Source: Tubiluchus corallicola (taxonomy: Eukaryota > Animalia > Priapulida). Taken from it: DNA of 64,000 bases. The first letter of the stretch is position 1. Every line of letters begins with the position of its first letter. The stretch is from contig JAQGDQ010000365.1 in assembly GCA_030141605.1 (NCBI GenBank), forward strand, positions 36,505 to 100,504, given 5' to 3'. Below, one piece after another: positions 41,976 through 52,570 of this stretch. Below the pieces are notes generated by a model. That model made no database searches. It saw only the letters and a list, made by a program, of their open reading frames with translations, and was not told the origin of the DNA. A program made the position numbers and the translations under genes.

Positions 41976-43130
41976 ATGCAATTTGACCAAGAGTTTGATG
42001 AACTAAGGCCTTACAGAGATGAGGAGGTAGCCGGTATCGCGAAGCGCTTAGCAGATGATCCGGTGTTTCATAAAGTGTTGATGAACTTCTATAAGGAGCC
42101 AGAGAAAGCAGAAGATATAAAGTCGTTATTAAGACAGACAACAACTATTGAGGGCTTTCAAGATACTTTTGTTGTTTCGTTTCTTGATGGTATAATTACT
42201 TCGAGCACCAGAGGACTATATGCAGGAGGACTGGAATCTATTGATAAGGATAAGAGTTATTTATTTATCTCCAATCACCGTGATATTATTCTAGATTCGG
42301 CATTAATGAATTATGAGTTGCGTCGAAATGGGCTGAAGAGTACGGAAATTGCAATAGGGAGCAATTTGCTTATCCATCAGTGGATTACCGATTTAGTAAA
42401 ACTTAACAGAGCTTTTGTAGTAAAGCGTAACATTCCTGTAAGGCAAATGCTAGATGCATCTAGGTTACTGTCGCGATACATAAGAAGTATTATTAAGGCC
42501 AATGGAGATTCTATCTGGCTAGCACAGCGGGAGGGGCGTACTAAGGATGGGATGGATGAAACACAGGTTGCTGTACTTAAAATGCTAAACATGTCAAGCG
42601 AGAAGGGGTTTAAGGATGGGTTTAAGGAATTAAACATAGTGCCTCTTTCTATTTCGTATGAGATTGAGCCCTGTGGGAATGAGAAGGTTGCAGAGTTGCT
42701 TGCCCGGCAGGAGAATCCCGAGATTAAGAAATCGGAGCGAGATGATTTGTGGAGCATGGTGAGTGGCCTAAAGAGGCAGAAGGGACGTGTTCACTTTCAT
42801 TACGGAAAGCCTATTCAGGCAGACATAGAAGAGATTACTGGCAGCGATAGTAACGTAAATTCTGCACTGGAAAGGTTGGCGAAGTTTATTGATAAGCAAA
42901 TACATATGAATTTTAAGCTATGGCCTAACAATTTTATTGCTTACGATGAGTATAACAAAACAGATAAGTATAGTAACAGGTACACTGCAAAAGAGCGAGA
43001 GGAGTTTATTTTACTGACGCATAAGCGACTTAGGTTGGTGAATGCTGACCGTGATGATGCGATGAAGCTTTGGCTTAAAATGTACTCTACCCCTGTAGCG
43101 AACATTGAGAGCTATGAGGGCAAAGATTAG
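41976..43130 (+). CDS. Glycerophospholipid acyltransferase (PlsC/GPAT family)
   Basis: SNHRDIILD, WLAQREGRTKDG. Confidence 0.85.
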   Translation: MQFDQEFDELRPYRDEEVAGIAKRLADDPVFHKVLMNFYKEPEKAEDIKSLLRQTTTIEGFQDTFVVSFLDGIITSSTRGLYAGGLESIDKDKSYLFISNHRDIILDSALMNYELRRNGLKSTEIAIGSNLLIHQWITDLVKLNRAFVVKRNIPVRQMLDASRLLSRYIRSIIKANGDSIWLAQREGRTKDGMDETQVAVLKMLNMSSEKGFKDGFKELNIVPLSISYEIEPCGNEKVAELLARQENPEIKKSERDDLWSMVSGLKRQKGRVHFHYGKPIQADIEEITGSDSNVNSALERLAKFIDKQIHMNFKLWPNNFIAYDEYNKTDKYSNRYTAKEREEFILLTHKRLRLVNADRDDAMKLWLKMYSTPVANIESYEGKD

Positions 43131-43167
43131 AAAGTTTTGCAAAATATGGACACGATCTCAAACCTCA

Positions 43168-43863
43168 TCAAACAAATTTGTAGCCAATGCCCTTGAGCGT
43201 TATAATGCGTTCACTGCCTACCTTTTCTCTTAATTTTCTTATATGCACATCAATTGTTCTGTCTCCTACTATTATATTTTCTCCCCACACAGTGTCATAT
43301 ATCTCTTTTCGTGTAAATACTTTCTCCGGTTTTGAAACCAAAAGGGACAGTAGTTCAAACTCCTTTCGTGGTAACACCATCTCTTTTTTGCCAACTTTTA
43401 AAAGAAAGCGCTCTTTGTCTATTATCAGGTTCCCGGCAGATATGACTTTTCTTTTCTTTTCTGTATTTTCTACTACTCCTGTACGTTTTAAAAGGGCTTT
43501 TATTCTGCTTAGCAGCACCTTAGGGCGAACGGGTTTTGTAATATAGTCATCGGCTCCAGCTTCGAACCCGGCTATTTGAGAGTAGTCTTCGCCTCTGGCA
43601 GTTAGAAATGCAATAACTGTATTTTTGCATGTTGGAATTTTACGTATCTCTTCGCAAGCTGCTATACCGTCCATTTCGGGCATCATTACATCCAGAATAA
43701 TCAGGTCAGGCCTTTTTTTACGAGCCAATTTTATGGCTTCTACACCATTGTGTGCAGTATAGACAATAAAGCCTTCTTTTTCAAGATTATAGCTAATGAA
43801 TTCAAGAATGTCTTTCTCATCGTCAACGAGCAGTATTTTATGTTTATTTTCCAGTTTTGTCAT
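43168..43863 (-). CDS. OmpR/PhoB family response regulator
   Basis: VDDE, LDVMMP, GADDYITKP, RTIDVHIRKLREK. Confidence 0.93.
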   Translation of the reverse strand: MTKLENKHKILLVDDEKDILEFISYNLEKEGFIVYTAHNGVEAIKLARKKRPDLIILDVMMPEMDGIAACEEIRKIPTCKNTVIAFLTARGEDYSQIAGFEAGADDYITKPVRPKVLLSRIKALLKRTGVVENTEKKRKVISAGNLIIDKERFLLKVGKKEMVLPRKEFELLSLLVSKPEKVFTRKEIYDTVWGENIIVGDRTIDVHIRKLREKVGSERIITLKGIGYKFV

Positions 43864-43950
43864 TATAATATAAGTAATGTTGTTGAGTTAAAAAAAAGAG
43901 TAGGTATTTTGTTTTTACATAATTTTTTGGTGAGCGAGTATATAAAAGTT

Positions 43951-44076
43951 GAGACCTTTGTAAGTTCCATCTTCTTATTAACATTTTTGTCAAGGTCCTC
44001 ATTCATATCAGTAGACTGTGTTTTTATAGAGTTTTTCTTCATACTTGTTCAAAATCTTTTGCCATGCAGATATTCC
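43951..44076 (+). mobile_element. MITE copy, short form, 4/5 TSD (AAGTT/AAGCT)
   Basis: GAGACCTTTGTAA...TTTGTCAAGGTCCTCATT...CAAAATCTTTTGCCATGCAGATATTCC. Confidence 0.8.
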
Positions 44077-44213
44077 AAGCTATTTTCTTCTCAATTAAGT
44101 CTAAGTTTTCTATTAGTATAAGCGATCTCAGTGATATTCACCAGTATTTTCAGGGTACTTCCAAAGTGTTAAAGTTAAGCAGATTTTGATATATTCTTCA
44201 CCTTCTTTTTATC

Positions 44214-45251
44214 TTAATTTTTATAGTTTGTGCTTTTCATTAGGGTAAATACAAAAGAGGTGCCTTTTTCCGGTGTACTTTTGACCCGTATTGATTCTTC
44301 GTGTGCCTCTATAATATGTTTTACTATTGCCAGTCCAAGGCCTGTTCCTCCCTGTTCGCGAGAGCGACTTTTATCTACACGATAGAAGCGTTCAAATATA
44401 CGGGGTAGATATTTTTCCTCTATTCCAATGCCATTATCACTGATTTTTAACAATATACGTTTTCCTGTATCGGTAATTTTGACTTTTACATAACCACCCT
44501 TATGCCCATATTTTAATGCGTTTACAACAAGATTGCTTACGACTTCAAAGATTCTGTTTTTATCGGCATGTACTATTATTTTCGATTGGTCGGGATTTGA
44601 TGATAGGCTTAAGGCTATTTTACGCTTTTGCGCCTCCATTAGCTCCATTTCAAACACCTCTTTTACCAGGTTAACTATATTGAAGTTGCTATGATTCAGC
44701 TTGAGTTCTCCTGATTCAAGTTTTGTAATTGACTCCAGATCTTCTATTACTCCTATTATTCGGTCAACACTTTTTTCTGCACGTTCCAAGTAAAGCCTAT
44801 TTATTTCCGGATCATCTATTCCTCCATCAAGCAGAGTCAATATAAACCCTTGTATATTAAATATTGGTGTTTTCAGTTCGTGAGAGACATTTCCCAAAAA
44901 GTCCTTTCGATATCTTTCAAGGTCTCTTAGCCTTGTGATTTCTGCCATACTATCTATTGGCCTTTCTTCATCTGTCTCTTTAGTCAATATGGTAGTATCA
45001 CTTCCGCTATCCCTTTTATGTTGATAGGGGCTATTTTCTTCACGAGGAATTGATTTATAGTCGTTTTTAGTGTATGTTTTATTATTTATATATTTTATAA
45101 GTAAGAATGAAAGCACAAAGAACAGGAGAGCAAAAAACAGTATCCATATTTTCCCTTTGTCGGGATAGGCCACGACGCTCATAAGACAAAACAGGAGGGT
45201 TAGCAGGCTCGATAGCAGTAATAGACTATTTTTTGGTGAGTAGGTTGCCAT
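44214..45251 (-). CDS. PhoR-like sensor histidine kinase
   Basis: Two TM helices, NVSHELKTP, NALKY, DNGIGI, FERFYRVDKSRS, GGTGLGL. Confidence 0.92.
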   Translation of the reverse strand: MATYSPKNSLLLLSSLLTLLFCLMSVVAYPDKGKIWILFFALLFFVLSFLLIKYINNKTYTKNDYKSIPREENSPYQHKRDSGSDTTILTKETDEERPIDSMAEITRLRDLERYRKDFLGNVSHELKTPIFNIQGFILTLLDGGIDDPEINRLYLERAEKSVDRIIGVIEDLESITKLESGELKLNHSNFNIVNLVKEVFEMELMEAQKRKIALSLSSNPDQSKIIVHADKNRIFEVVSNLVVNALKYGHKGGYVKVKITDTGKRILLKISDNGIGIEEKYLPRIFERFYRVDKSRSREQGGTGLGLAIVKHIIEAHEESIRVKSTPEKGTSFVFTLMKSTNYKN

Positions 45252-45309
45252 TATTAGGTGTGGTATTAAGTGTTAAAGTATACTTATCACAGATCCATCA
45301 TGATATTAC

Positions 45310-45439
45310 GAGGCCCTTATAAAGTTTATTTTTCTATTAGCTTTTTGTTTAAATTCTCTGAAGAGGCCTTATTTACACTGGGTTTTCCATCAAGTTTTTC
45401 TTCAATATGAGTCAAAGTCTTTCGCCTTGCAAAGGTCTC
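45310..45439 (+). mobile_element. MITE copy, long form, consensus right end, 4/5 TSD (ATTAC/ATTAT)
   Basis: GAGGCCCTTATAA...TTCGCCTTGCAAAGGTCTC. Confidence 0.8.
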
Positions 45440-45538
45440 ATTATTTAATTTTATGTGGCACTATACTAATTTGTTTGGCTGCAAAGATCGCTATTTTGCA
45501 ATTATAATGCATCAAAGCGTTAAAATTAATCTGTTTCA

Positions 45539-45616
45539 GTAATGATATATTCAACTATAGGTAATGATAATTTAACACTGTGATGGTAAGTCAGATAAAT
45601 TGTGCTTTTATCTTTG
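45539..45616 (+). promoter_or_regulatory. Putative Pho-box-like 11-bp-spaced array plus -7 element of the phosphate transporter
   Basis: GTAAT/TTCAA/GTAAT/TTAAC at 45539, 45550, 45561, 45572; TAtcTTTG at 45609-45616. Confidence 0.45.
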
Positions 45617-45653
45617 AGACACAAATTTTAAAGCAGAATTGGGAAAAGTTACT

Positions 45654-47900
45654 ATGGATAATTTTTACCTTATATTGGTAGTAGTATTATTTGCTCTGGC
45701 AATATCAGATCTAATAGTTGGTGTCAGCAATGATGCTGTGAACTTTCTTAATTCAGCTATTGGCGCAAAAGCTGCTCCTAAGTGGATAATTTTTACTGTA
45801 GCGGGGTTGGGAGTGCTTATAGGTGCTACTTTTTCGAGTGGTATGATGGAGGTTGCCCGTAAAGGTATTTTTCATCCTGACATGTTTTATTTTAAGGAGA
45901 TAATGATCATCTTTATTGCAGTAATGATTACAGATATCATTCTGCTTGATGCGTTCAATACTTTTGGGTTGCCTACCTCCACTACTGTATCTATTGTTTT
46001 TGAGCTTCTTGGAGCGGCTATTGCAGTATCAATAGTAAAATTGCAACGCGCGGGAGAGTCTTTCTACGAATTTTCCAAGTATATCAATAGTGAGAAGGCT
46101 GTTGCTATTATTGGCGGAATACTTTTGTCTGTGGTTGTTGCTTTCTGTATTGGGGCTATAATTCAGTGGATTACCAGAGTTATTTTCACCTTTAATTTTA
46201 AGAAAAAGGCAAAGTATTATACTCCTGTTTTTGGAGGAGTCGCAATCGCTATAATCACTCATTTTATTATAGTGAAAGGGGCAAAGGGGGCGTCATGGCT
46301 TTCAGAGGAACAGACCGAGAGTATAAAAGAGAATGTAGGGTTGATTTTTCTGTACAGTTTTCTGGGGTGGAGCGCAGTTTTGCAGATTGCCCGGCTTTTG
46401 TTTAAAAGGTTTGATGTATTAAAGTTTATAGTGCTTATCGGCACCTTCTCTCTTGCAATGGCATTTGCAGGTAACGACCTGGTTAATTTTATTGGTGTCC
46501 CGTTGGCAGGGTTGGAGTCATTTAAGGCGTGGAGTGCAGCAGGGTCTAGTCCAGATTTTGCAATGGAGGTACTGAATGAGCCTGTAAGAACAAATACTTA
46601 CATATTGATTATTGCAGGAGTTATAATGATGGTGACACTAGTTACTTCTCGTAAGGCACGCTCGGTTGTGGCAACTACAGTAAATCTCTCCCGCCAGAAT
46701 GAGGGTGATGAGAGGTTTGCCCCGTCTGTTGCGTCAAGAGCTTTGGTAAGAAGCGCTATTCTCACGGGGGACAAGATTAATAGAGTATTGGGGAAAAGAG
46801 TAGTAAGCTGGATATCATCGAGGTTTGAGCAGCATGAATCCGGTAAAGAGGGGGTTGATTATCCAGCATTTGACAAAGTACGGGCTACAAGCAATCTTGT
46901 TGTTGCGTCTGCACTTATCTCTATAGGTACCAGTCTTAAGCTTCCATTGTCAACAACTTATGTTACATTCATGGTGGCTATGGGAACTTCACTTGCCGAT
47001 AAGGCGTGGGATCGTGAGTCGGCAGTTTATCGTATTTCAGGAGTGTTTGCTGTTGTTGGGGGGTGGTTTCTTACCGCTCTGGTAGCTTTTAGTGTTTCGG
47101 GGTTTGTAGGGTTTGTGATTGCGGTAAGTGGGAAGTTTATGGTTTTTGTATTTGTGGGGGTTGCAATATTTATGGTGGCACGAACTTATATGCACCACAG
47201 AAAGAGGGAGTTGGAGACGCATGATGAAGATGATTTTCCAGAGCCTGTTGTCGGGGTCGAGAAGGTGCTTGCCAAGTCAAATCAAAAAATTATAAATGTG
47301 ATCATATCGTCTTCTAAGGTGTATTATGTCGCTTTTGATAGCTTTTTTGAGCAAAATCGCAAAAAGCTGGGGGCAATGGTTGAGGAGGTAAAGAGTCTCG
47401 ACCGCCTCACAAGCAAGCTAAGGGCTAAGATTCCTAAGATTGTGCATAAGTTGCAGGTGGACGATTCATTTGAGACGACTGGCCATCATTATGCACAGGT
47501 TGTTGGTTATCTATGTGAGATGTCACAGTCTGTTAAGTATGTCATACGCCCGCTTTATGATCATCTTGATAATAATCATAAGCCGTTTGTAGAGTCACAG
47601 GTAGCAGAGCTGAAACAATTCAGGATAGCGGTTTCTGATTTTTTCAATCTTGCTCTTCATATCGTGAAGGAGTCGCGATTTGAGCAGGTTGCTGAGCTTA
47701 TATCGAAAAGACAGGAGATAGTGAGTGTTATTCAGGGGTTGGGAAAGAATCAGGTGAAGCGTATAAAGCGAGAGAAAATGAGCAGCCGAAATTCTATGTT
47801 ATATTTCAATATTATGTCAGAGACAAAGAATCTCTTGCTGCAAACGGAAAATCTTGTAAATTCAACACGAGATTTTACTGTTCATACAGCAGTAAAATAG
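45654..47900 (+). CDS. Inorganic phosphate transporter (PiT family) with PhoU-like C-terminus
   Basis: GVSNDAVN, GLPTSTT, AGNDLVN, LPLSTT; helical cytoplasmic tail. Confidence 0.9.
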   Translation: MDNFYLILVVVLFALAISDLIVGVSNDAVNFLNSAIGAKAAPKWIIFTVAGLGVLIGATFSSGMMEVARKGIFHPDMFYFKEIMIIFIAVMITDIILLDAFNTFGLPTSTTVSIVFELLGAAIAVSIVKLQRAGESFYEFSKYINSEKAVAIIGGILLSVVVAFCIGAIIQWITRVIFTFNFKKKAKYYTPVFGGVAIAIITHFIIVKGAKGASWLSEEQTESIKENVGLIFLYSFLGWSAVLQIARLLFKRFDVLKFIVLIGTFSLAMAFAGNDLVNFIGVPLAGLESFKAWSAAGSSPDFAMEVLNEPVRTNTYILIIAGVIMMVTLVTSRKARSVVATTVNLSRQNEGDERFAPSVASRALVRSAILTGDKINRVLGKRVVSWISSRFEQHESGKEGVDYPAFDKVRATSNLVVASALISIGTSLKLPLSTTYVTFMVAMGTSLADKAWDRESAVYRISGVFAVVGGWFLTALVAFSVSGFVGFVIAVSGKFMVFVFVGVAIFMVARTYMHHRKRELETHDEDDFPEPVVGVEKVLAKSNQKIINVIISSSKVYYVAFDSFFEQNRKKLGAMVEEVKSLDRLTSKLRAKIPKIVHKLQVDDSFETTGHHYAQVVGYLCEMSQSVKYVIRPLYDHLDNNHKPFVESQVAELKQFRIAVSDFFNLALHIVKESRFEQVAELISKRQEIVSVIQGLGKNQVKRIKREKMSSRNSMLYFNIMSETKNLLLQTENLVNSTRDFTVHTAVK

Positions 47901-48090
47901 AGTTCAGCAAAGAGTTCAAGCATAGAGTTTAGCAAAAAAGGGGGGGTAAGGTTTTTTGCAAGCCTGCTGATGTTGTTTTATAGAGGGTGGAAGTTGCTTG
48001 AAAGGGTACTTTAGGAGAGTGGTGAAAGTGCCCTCAGTTTATAGTAGAGCGTAGTGCTCAAGACTTATGTTCCCCACTCTGTTTTTCAGC

Positions 48091-48204
48091 GAGTCCTGTA
48101 TTAAAATTCATCTTTTTATTAACATTTTTGTCGAAATCCTCACTGGGTCAGTAAATTGTTGTTTCTCATCGATGAGTTGAAGCGTTTTGCTTTGTAAAGA
48201 GGTC
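48091..48204 (+). mobile_element. MITE copy, short form
   Basis: AAAATTCATCTTTTTATTAACATTTTTGTCGAAATCCTCAC...TTTTGCTTTGTAAAGAGGTC. Confidence 0.75.
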
Positions 48205-48229
48205 GATTTATAAGGCTTGCTGGAATGAT

Positions 48230-48264
48230 AAAAAGGAGCTACCCCTTTTGGAGCACTCCTTTTT
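48230..48264 (-). terminator. Intrinsic terminator downstream of fba (possibly bidirectional)
   Basis: AAAAAGGAG...CTCCTTTTT inverted repeat. Confidence 0.65.
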
Positions 48265-48307
48265 GATTAAATTCACAAAATTTGAGTTTGTCCTGAAAAT
48301 ATTCTGT

Positions 48308-49303
48308 TTAAGCTTTCCCAGCCGAGCCGAGCACATTTTCATTTTTATACTTGTACAGCTCTTTTAATGCTTCTCGTGCAGGCCCTAAGTATTTACGCGG
48401 GTCAAATTCTGCAGGTTGTTCATTAAAGACCTTACGTACGGCAGCGGTCATAGCGAGTCGTCCGTCTGAGTCGATGTTTACTTTACAAACTGCTGATCTT
48501 GCAGCTTTGCGTAACCACTCTTCAGGGATTCCTATCGCATCTTTCAATGCGCCTCCATTTTTGTTGATTACCTCAACCTGCTTCGGAGGAACTGAAGAGG
48601 ATCCGTGGAGGACAATAGGAAAGCCAGGCACTCTTTTCTCTATATCTTCGAGAATATCAAAACGCAATTCAGGTGGTACTAAAACCCCATCAGTATTCCT
48701 GGTACACTGATCTGGTGTAAATTTATTTGCGCCGTGCGAAGTCCCGATTGAGATAGCAAGTGAGTCGACGCCTGTCCTTTTCACAAAGTCTTCAACCTCT
48801 TCGGGCTGAGTGTATGTAGATTTTTCTGCAACCACATCATCTTCCACTCCAGCCAAAACACCTAATTCTCCTTCAACTGTAACATTGTGTTTATGTGCGT
48901 ATTCTACCACTTTTTTTGTTAAAGCGACGTTGTCTTCATATTTATGATGAGAGCCGTCAATCATTACAGAAGAAAACCCATTGTCGATACAATCTTTACA
49001 GAGTTCAAAGGTGTCTCCATGGTCAAGATGAAGAACAATAGGGATTTCATATCCCAACTCTTTTACGTATTCAACAGCGCCACGAGCCATGTTACGAAGT
49101 AGTGTTGAGTTTGCATATTTTCTTGCACCCGACGAAACCTGTAGTATTACTGGTGATCTTGTTTCAACACATGCCTGTAGGATCGCCTGCATCTGCTCCA
49201 TATTGTTAAAGTTGTATGCAGGGACCGCATAACCGCCATTAACGGCTTTTTTGAACAATTCTACTGAATTGACAAGTCCTAGATCTTTATAACTAATAAC
49301 CAT
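48308..49303 (-). CDS. fba: Class II fructose-bisphosphate aldolase
   Basis: LHLDHG, SSVMIDGS, VEGELG, IGTSHG, VLHGSS, FDPRKY. Confidence 0.95.
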   Translation of the reverse strand: MVISYKDLGLVNSVELFKKAVNGGYAVPAYNFNNMEQMQAILQACVETRSPVILQVSSGARKYANSTLLRNMARGAVEYVKELGYEIPIVLHLDHGDTFELCKDCIDNGFSSVMIDGSHHKYEDNVALTKKVVEYAHKHNVTVEGELGVLAGVEDDVVAEKSTYTQPEEVEDFVKRTGVDSLAISIGTSHGANKFTPDQCTRNTDGVLVPPELRFDILEDIEKRVPGFPIVLHGSSSVPPKQVEVINKNGGALKDAIGIPEEWLRKAARSAVCKVNIDSDGRLAMTAAVRKVFNEQPAEFDPRKYLGPAREALKELYKYKNENVLGSAGKA

Positions 49304-49605
49304 AATTTGATATAGATTTTAAAAATGTTAGTAATTCAATTTATTTAAACTGTTATAAAAGTGTAATAAGATATTACAAGGTATAAAATTACAAAAAACA
49401 TGCTTTGGGAGTGGCTTTTTCGAAATGATTGCTCATATTTGCGCTGACAATTATTGTTTGTATATGTGTGAAATGCCTGTCTGTTTGGTATTTGGAACAT
49501 ATTAATTAATTATTAATACTAACTTTTGTCAAAGCAGTGGAGGGGTTGGCTAATTCAGTTATTCCCTCTCGAGTTTGTTGCCTAAAGTAGTATATTATTA
49601 GGTCT

Positions 49606-50949
49606 ATGCGCAACAATAGAGATGGCTTTTCCAGCCGGTTTGGAATTATAGCAGCTGCTGCTGGTTCGGCAGTTGGGTTAGGAAATATATGGAGATTCCC
49701 CTATACTGTGGGTGAAAATGGAGGGGGAGCATTTTTGCTACTTTACCTGGTGTTTATTTTTTTGATTGGTATTCCTTTAATGCTTACGGAGCTGTCTCTG
49801 GGACGGGGTGCTCAACGTAATGCATTTGGAACATTTAAAACGCTTGGATCTAGCAATAAGTGGGGTGTTGTAGGATTGATAGGGGTTGTTGCTGCATTTA
49901 TAATTTTATCGTTTTACAGCGCTGTAGCAGGATGGGTTCTGGAGTATACTGCTCAGGCGGTAAAAAACGGATTTGCTGGGAAAGACCCTACGGCTATTGC
50001 CGATATGTTTAAAGGCTTGTCAGATATGCCTTTCAGGACAGTGGCGTGGATGCTGTTGTTCATGGCTATGACTGCCGGCATAGTTACGGCAGGAATTAAA
50101 AAGGGGATAGAGAAGTATACTAAAATATTGATGCCGTTATTGTTAGTGATAGTTGTGATACTCAGTGTCAGAGCAGTATTACTACCTGGTGCATTTGAAG
50201 GGGTGAAGTTTCTTTTTAAGCCGGACTTCTCAAAGATATCGAAAAATAGTGTTCTGGAAGCGATGGGGCAGGCATTCTTTTCTCTTAGTTTAGGTATGGG
50301 AACAATTATAACATATGGTTCATATGTCAAGAAAGATGTGAAGATGATAGGTACAGCTACTACTGTTTCACTGGCAGATACGTTGGTGGCTGTCTTGGCA
50401 GGCATAGCAATTTTTCCTGCCGTTTTTGCTTTTGGTATTAAGCCAGATTCGGGGCCGGAGCTGGTGTTCGTTACTTTGCCTATAGTATTTCAGCAGATGG
50501 CGGGGGGATATATTTTTTCAGTAGTATTTTTCCTTCTTATGACAATAGCTGCACTTACTTCGTCCATATCTTTGTTAGAGGTTGTGGTTATTTACTTTTC
50601 GGAAGAGCTGAAAATGACAAGGAAGGCTGCAACATGGCTTGCTACCAGTACGATTTCTATCTTTGGCGTATTGTGCTCTCTCTCTAGCGGAGTGTTGTCA
50701 GAGTTTACCGTATTTGGCCAGACAGTATTTATGCTTTTTAATTATATTTCTTCAAATATACTTCTTCCACTTGGAGGGGTTATGATAACGATTTTTGCGG
50801 GATGGCATGTCAAAAAGAGAATTTTGAAGGGAGAGATTGTGAATAGTGAAATGGAGGGCAGGCTGTTTGGGATATACATCAAGCTGTTGAAATACTTTGT
50901 TCCGGTAGTAATAACACTGGTTTTTTTGCGTGGAATAGGGTTGTTGTAA
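49606..50949 (+). CDS. Sodium-dependent transporter (NSS/SNF family)
   Basis: GSAVGLGNIWRFPY, GGGAF, QAFFSLSLG. Confidence 0.93.
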   Translation: MRNNRDGFSSRFGIIAAAAGSAVGLGNIWRFPYTVGENGGGAFLLLYLVFIFLIGIPLMLTELSLGRGAQRNAFGTFKTLGSSNKWGVVGLIGVVAAFIILSFYSAVAGWVLEYTAQAVKNGFAGKDPTAIADMFKGLSDMPFRTVAWMLLFMAMTAGIVTAGIKKGIEKYTKILMPLLLVIVVILSVRAVLLPGAFEGVKFLFKPDFSKISKNSVLEAMGQAFFSLSLGMGTIITYGSYVKKDVKMIGTATTVSLADTLVAVLAGIAIFPAVFAFGIKPDSGPELVFVTLPIVFQQMAGGYIFSVVFFLLMTIAALTSSISLLEVVVIYFSEELKMTRKAATWLATSTISIFGVLCSLSSGVLSEFTVFGQTVFMLFNYISSNILLPLGGVMITIFAGWHVKKRILKGEIVNSEMEGRLFGIYIKLLKYFVPVVITLVFLRGIGLL

Positions 50950-51038
50950 GCTTTAAAAGAGAGGTGCTGTTACATAAGAGGTTAATATTTTTGAGTATAT
51001 TTTATTAACTTTCATACACAATTTTAGTATGATATGTT

Positions 51039-51968
51039 GTGAAATATAAGAGCTACTTTACGTTTACCAGGGCAGAGAAAACGGGGATCATTGTTCTTCT
51101 GTTTATCATATTGATAACAGGATTGGTAAATCTATTGATGGTTTACATTGTAAAGGAAGAGCCGGTTGATTTTTCAGAGTGGGAGATACAAGTTGAAAAA
51201 TTTGATAGTTCTGAGCTAGACAGCAACAAGGTACCTGTTTTGCTGAGGTGCAAAAGGTTTGATCCCAACAGTGTGACGGAGGAGACTCTTTTGACGATGG
51301 GTTTGCCCGAGTACGTGGCAAGAAACTGGGTGAAATATATTGATAGCGGGGGAAAGTTCAGGGAGCGATCGGATATAAAGAAAGTTTACGGTCTCAGTGA
51401 AGAGCATTACGAGCAGTTGAAGGAGTATGTTGTTATTCCCCGTATTGAGAGAGGAGATACCCCGGAAAGTGTGGTGCCGTTGAAAGAGCATATAGAGGAT
51501 GCTGTGGCAGCAACTGATGATAGTTTTAGGAGTGCAGAAACGAAAAAAGAGCGTAGTCCACTGCCGGTGTATATTAGTATTGACCTTAACAGTGCGGACA
51601 CCACTCAATTGGAAGTTTTGCCGGGTATTGGCCCTGTGCTGTCAAAACGCATTGTGAAATACAGAGATCTGCTTGGAGGATACTGCAATATAGAGCAGTT
51701 GAAAGAGGTGTACGGGCTAAAAGATGAGTTTTATGAGAGAGCTGCCCCTCATCTGGTTGTTGATAGTAGTAAGGTGGTAAAGCTAAATGTAAATTTCGCA
51801 ACTACTGGGGAGCTGGCAAGACATCCATATATCAGCATAGAAAATGCACGCAAAGTGTCCAGCATAAAGAGTTATAGAGGAAAAATAAAAGATATTAATG
51901 AAGTAAGAGAGGTTTTTTATAAGGAGGGGGAGCTGGAAAAGCTGGAACCTTACCTGCTATTTCAATAA
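51039..51968 (+). CDS. ComEA family helix-hairpin-helix DNA-binding protein
   Basis: TM anchor, FDPN, IDLNSADTTQLEVLPGIGP, LNVNFAT. Confidence 0.85.
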   Translation: MKYKSYFTFTRAEKTGIIVLLFIILITGLVNLLMVYIVKEEPVDFSEWEIQVEKFDSSELDSNKVPVLLRCKRFDPNSVTEETLLTMGLPEYVARNWVKYIDSGGKFRERSDIKKVYGLSEEHYEQLKEYVVIPRIERGDTPESVVPLKEHIEDAVAATDDSFRSAETKKERSPLPVYISIDLNSADTTQLEVLPGIGPVLSKRIVKYRDLLGGYCNIEQLKEVYGLKDEFYERAAPHLVVDSSKVVKLNVNFATTGELARHPYISIENARKVSSIKSYRGKIKDINEVREVFYKEGELEKLEPYLLFQ

Positions 51969-51983
51969 GAGAAGTAAAAGATG

Positions 51984-52144
51984 TTTTACTTGCTTTTCAG
52001 AGTTTACATTTAAGTTAAGCTACGATTTTTCACTCGAGTTTTTCTCAACCTAAACCCAAATATCTTATTTTGTAAAAGTCTAGCTGTGGGGTTTTTATCG
52101 ATTTTTCTTTGCGGGAGTTAAAATTTTCGCAATGCGAAAGTTTT
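51984..52144 (+). mobile_element. Two partial MITE right halves in tandem
   Basis: GAGTTTTTCTCAACCTAAACCCAAA...TTTTGTAAAAGTCT then GAGTTAAAATTTTCGCAATGCGAAAG. Confidence 0.55.
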
Positions 52145-52295
52145 ATTTTGCATTTTTCCATAATTAACTTTGCCCGGACTTTAACGCCGGAGTAATATTG
52201 TTGCAGTTTGTTTTAGAAAAAGAATATTAATAAATTTGCAGCACATAGGGATGATTTTTCCTGTCAGCAAATAATAAGTAATTATAAGAGTTGTT

Positions 52296-52487
52296 ATGAT
52301 AGTAATTCCGTTGAAAGAAGGAGAGAACATTGAGCGCGCTCTTAAACGTTTTAAGAGAAAGTTTGAAAGGACAGGCGTTGTTAAGGAGCTTCGCGAGCGC
52401 TCGGCTTTTATTAAACCTTCTGTGAGGCGTCGCGCTGTGGTAAAAAAGGCTGTATATGCTCAGCAAATGCAGCGTGAAGAAGATTAA
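52296..52487 (+). CDS. rpsU: 30S ribosomal protein S21
   Basis: KEGENIERALKRFKRKF, F.KPSV.RR. Confidence 0.97.
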   Translation: MIVIPLKEGENIERALKRFKRKFERTGVVKELRERSAFIKPSVRRRAVVKKAVYAQQMQREED

Positions 52488-52570
52488 ATGTGTGAATAGA
52501 GAGGGAATGGGGATTTTCAATAGGCATTTTTTTGTATATTGAATTCTGAATTTTTTTTATCCGATTTACC

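Noticed and set aside
47899-47934. Three imperfect AGAGTTcAGCA direct repeats after the PiT stop
   Set aside because: Short and imperfect, in a convergent region with no promoter to regulate; likely slippage.
52270-52296. Strong Shine-Dalgarno for rpsU autoregulation
   Set aside because: No GGAGG-like sequence upstream of the start.
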